NCBI GenBank assembly: GCA_016208875.1
Contig: JACQXD010000159.1
Location: 1 to 40,337, forward strand
Length of the DNA stretch: 40,337 nt
Origin: Nitrospirota bacterium
GTDB lineage: Bacteria > Nitrospirota > Thermodesulfovibrionia > Thermodesulfovibrionales > UBA1546
Reading direction: 5' to 3'
The notes under the pieces were generated by a model, which saw nothing but the letters and a program-made list of their open reading frames with translations, was not told the origin of the DNA and did no database searches. Position 1 is the stretch's first letter; the number at the start of each line of letters is the position of its first letter. This document shows positions 37,821 to 40,337 of the stretch, piece by piece. A program made the translations under genes and the position numbers.

Positions 37821-39521
37821 ATGAGAATATCTCCGGTCTTATATCTCGTTCTATGGTTTTTATGTACTCTGGCGCCTTCCGTATATGCTGCGGACTGTAC
37901 AACGACAGTCGCTTTGGATGAAAGTATACAGACGGCCATAGATAGTTCATCTTCGGGCAGCACGATCTGTATAGAGCAGGGGACATACTATGAGCAGATA
38001 ACCTTGAAGGAAGGGATCACTGTAAAGGGGCTTGAAACGGCGAGGACGGTAATTGACGGAAGTGGAAGCGGAACAGTAGTGACCGGGGCCAAATCGGCAA
38101 GCATTGTCAATATAACCATAACGGATGGTTCTACAGGGATAAGCCTGACAAATATAACCGGTTTTACTATAAAAAATGTGGTTGTCAACGGCAACAGCAC
38201 AGGAATCAACTGTGATGCCTCGTCAGGTACGATCGAAAACTCGGTTATAAACGGAAATAGTACCACAGCAATAAGCCTGAGTAATCAACCCACTATAACC
38301 ATATCCAACACGATCCTTTCTGATAATGAAACCGATATAACCACCGGGGCATCGTCCGACATGGATGGGTTAACGTTGGAGACAAACCTTTTATACAATA
38401 ATACTACCTCCAATTATCCTTCAAGCGACACTACGAGTATTACAGGAGATCCGAAATTCGTTGATACATCTTCTAACGATTTTCATCTCCAAAGCGGATC
38501 CCCGGCCATTGACTCAGGAACCGGTTCAGACCCTGATGGTACGACTGCGGATATAGGCGTATACGGAGGGTCCGATATGGATCAGACCATCTTCCGCATC
38601 GGGAGTATTACCGTCGAAAAAGTTGATACTACATCAATGAACGTAACATGGTCGACGAATGCTGCATACAACATCACGGGATATAAAATATATTTTGATT
38701 ATGACGGCTCCGGCGAATCGTATAACGGGACCTCGGCCGAGGGAGCATCGCCTATAGACGTAGGGAATGTAACAAGCATTACACTTACAAATTTATCCGG
38801 ATATGCAATCGTAGCCCCGGATGGTCTCTCTGTCGGATTTGGAGACAGGAGATTATATATTTCATGGAATGCGGTCTCAGGGGCATCCGGATATTATCTC
38901 TATTACGGAACTTCTTCCGGCAGCTATGGAACCCCCATCGATGTAGGGAATCAGACGTCTCATACCCTTGAAAACCTCACCAATAATACTACTTATTATA
39001 TCGCTGTATCGGCATACTTTACGTCCACTTATTATGCATCGGTATCCGCTTATGATAATTACGGCCACGAGAGTGAATTGCTTAATGAGGCAATCGCGGA
39101 ACTATCCTCAAAGGCGGAGGGGCCGAAATCGGGCGAGAAGAGCGACTACCCCGAAGAAAGTAGCTTTTTCCCGCATCTCAAGGATACAAACATGTGTTTC
39201 ATAGCTACGGCAGCATATGGTTCGGGCATGGAACCGGAGGTTATGCTGCTGCGAAAATTCAGAGACCGGTTTCTTCTTACCAATACGGTTGGAAGGGTAT
39301 TTGTATCCGGCTATTATACCCTAAGTCCGCCTATCGCCTCTTTCATCAGAGACCATGAAGCGATCAAACCGGTTATCAGGTGTGCACTGATCCCTTTCAT
39401 CTGGACTGCAAAGATATACCTCGGTACGTCATCCGGATGGATGATAACTATCTTATTGTTGATCCTGCTTTCCTCAGCGTATCTCGGTTTGTATCGGTGG
39501 AAACGGAGGAAGACAAATTGA
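37821..39521 (+). CDS. Secreted beta-helix plus fibronectin III protein with CFI-box-CTERM
   Basis: Signal peptide, SIQTAID beta-helix cap, [14 protein letters not shown]3-like [25 protein letters not shown]...LRKFRD...YYTLSP, TM and basic tail. Confidence 0.88.
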   Translation: MRISPVLYLVLWFLCTLAPSVYAADCTTTVALDESIQTAIDSSSSGSTICIEQGTYYEQITLKEGITVKGLETARTVIDGSGSGTVVTGAKSASIVNITITDGSTGISLTNITGFTIKNVVVNGNSTGINCDASSGTIENSVINGNSTTAISLSNQPTITISNTILSDNETDITTGASSDMDGLTLETNLLYNNTTSNYPSSDTTSITGDPKFVDTSSNDFHLQSGSPAIDSGTGSDPDGTTADIGVYGGSDMDQTIFRIGSITVEKVDTTSMNVTWSTNAAYNITGYKIYFDYDGSGESYNGTSAEGASPIDVGNVTSITLTNLSGYAIVAPDGLSVGFGDRRLYISWNAVSGASGYYLYYGTSSGSYGTPIDVGNQTSHTLENLTNNTTYYIAVSAYFTSTYYASVSAYDNYGHESELLNEAIAELSSKAEGPKSGEKSDYPEESSFFPHLKDTNMCFIATAAYGSGMEPEVMLLRKFRDRFLLTNTVGRVFVSGYYTLSPPIASFIRDHEAIKPVIRCALIPFIWTAKIYLGTSSGWMITILLLILLSSAYLGLYRWKRRKTN

Positions 39522-40156
39522 AACATAAATATTTCATATTCATAATAGCTATTACCATCTTCTTTGCTGCCGGATATCCTGTTTCTGCCGAATCTCCCCG
39601 ATGGTCATTAGGTCTAAGGGGAGGATCTTTAAAATCAGAAATCGTAGGATGGGAAGATCATTATCACCATAAAGGTAGCGGGCTTTTCGGGATAGAGGCA
39701 GGGTGGAAACCGTTCAGACAGGCAGAACTGAATATTGACGTCTCATATTCCTCTGCAAAGGGCAGCGCAATAACCCAGAGCGGGAGGACAAGCAGCGACA
39801 CCGTGACATTCACACAAATACCGGTACACCTTTCTCTTCTCTTCAGGCTTGCGTTTTTAGAAAACCAGATTGTGGTCCCGTATGCCGGTGGAGGATATTC
39901 TTGCGTTGCTTACAGGGAGAGGCTGAACGGAGAAACCGTATCGGGCGGTATGTCGGGTTACCATGTTAAAGGAGGTCTGCAGTTCCTCCTCGACATACTT
40001 GAGCCCGAAGTGGCAAAGGATTTCTACGATAGCTGGCACGTTTCCAATACCTACCTTTTTATCGAGATCATGTCATCGAAAGTGGATAATTTCGGGAAGG
40101 AAAATATTGACCTGGGCGGGCGCTCTATTATGGGCGGGTTGTTGTTCGAGTTTTAA
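39518..40156 (+). CDS. Outer-membrane beta-barrel protein (resembles MXAN_2562 family)
   Basis: TTG start behind GGAGG overlapping the upstream stop; signal peptide; [23 protein letters not shown]; C-terminal GLLFEF barrel signal. Confidence 0.75.
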   Translation: MKHKYFIFIIAITIFFAAGYPVSAESPRWSLGLRGGSLKSEIVGWEDHYHHKGSGLFGIEAGWKPFRQAELNIDVSYSSAKGSAITQSGRTSSDTVTFTQIPVHLSLLFRLAFLENQIVVPYAGGGYSCVAYRERLNGETVSGGMSGYHVKGGLQFLLDILEPEVAKDFYDSWHVSNTYLFIEIMSSKVDNFGKENIDLGGRSIMGGLLFEF

Positions 40157-40236
40157 GCCATTAATATCAGAAGAAACATTTCGAATCTATACATTAAAAA
40201 AATGGTTCTTTTTCATATTGAGTGGGTAGTCTTAAG

Positions 40237-40270
40237 TTCCCCTCTAAAAAGAGGGGTGCAGGGGTGTGTT
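40237..40270 (+). repeat. C-run/G-run hairpin unit directly upstream of a DUF559-like start
   Basis: TTCCCCTCTAAAAAGAGGGGTGCAGGGGTGTGTT, near-identical to 33009-33043. Confidence 0.85.
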
Positions 40271-40274
40271 TATA

Positions 40275-40337
40275 ATGAAAAGAATACAATATAATCCAAA
40301 GCTGAAAGAAGCAGCCAGGCGTTTATGAAACAATAGT
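40275..40337 (+). pseudogene. 5' end of a DUF559-like endonuclease gene with premature TGA (runs off the window)
   Basis: MKRIQYNPKLKEAARRL*NNS resembles the YNPKLKxxARxLRxNxT start of DUF559 proteins; TGA at 40326 falls at the conserved Arg. Confidence 0.65.

Noticed and set aside
1808-39204. The many short antisense or nested ORFs in the track (e.g. 3190-3837, 22717-23265, 24139-24837, 29841-30515)
   Set aside because: They shadow well-supported genes and show no motifs or RBS.
40326-40328. In-frame TGA in the DUF559-like start as a second Sec codon
   Set aside because: The position corresponds to a conserved Arg (CGA/AGA to TGA), not Cys, and the window ends before a SECIS could be seen; a nonsense mutation or sequence error is more likely.

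Overview
Chromosomal window of an anaerobic Gram-negative bacterium; gene content and style suggest Nitrospirota (Thermodesulfovibrionia-like) or a Desulfobacterota relative (inference). From left to right: the start of an XRE-type HTH gene behind an attI-like site and a tyrosine recombinase (integron-like layout); a type IV pilus locus (stand-alone MshEN protein, pilR, pilS, pilC, pilT, two tandem pilB); tRNA-Ala(CGC); a small tetraheme cytochrome preceded by a 55-aa dual-CXXC selenoprotein gene missed by the ORF track (in-frame UGA plus SECIS-like hairpin); a small islet (CHASE2/CHAT chimera, RelE-type toxin-antitoxin pair); ftsEX-envC-ctpA-exonuclease; split transketolase; lpxD-fabZ-lpxA-lpxI; hemC; a CDF transporter; a large quinone-linked multiheme operon (c3-type cytochrome, Fe-S protein, NrfD, 13-heme cytochrome, cytochrome b) with a heme-c-motif sensor kinase and a NarL-type regulator; and a CFI-box surface protein with a beta-barrel partner. 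Two repeat systems overlay this: (i) C-run/G-run hairpin elements found alone, as inverted doublets, in frame inside genes, and twice directly in front of DUF559-like endonuclease remnants, suggesting a REP/RAYT-like mobile system with a different enzyme; (ii) degenerate 7-bp tandem arrays, often as inverted pairs, at many gene junctions and in frame in hemC and other genes. All family assignments come from motif recognition by eye; no database searches were run.
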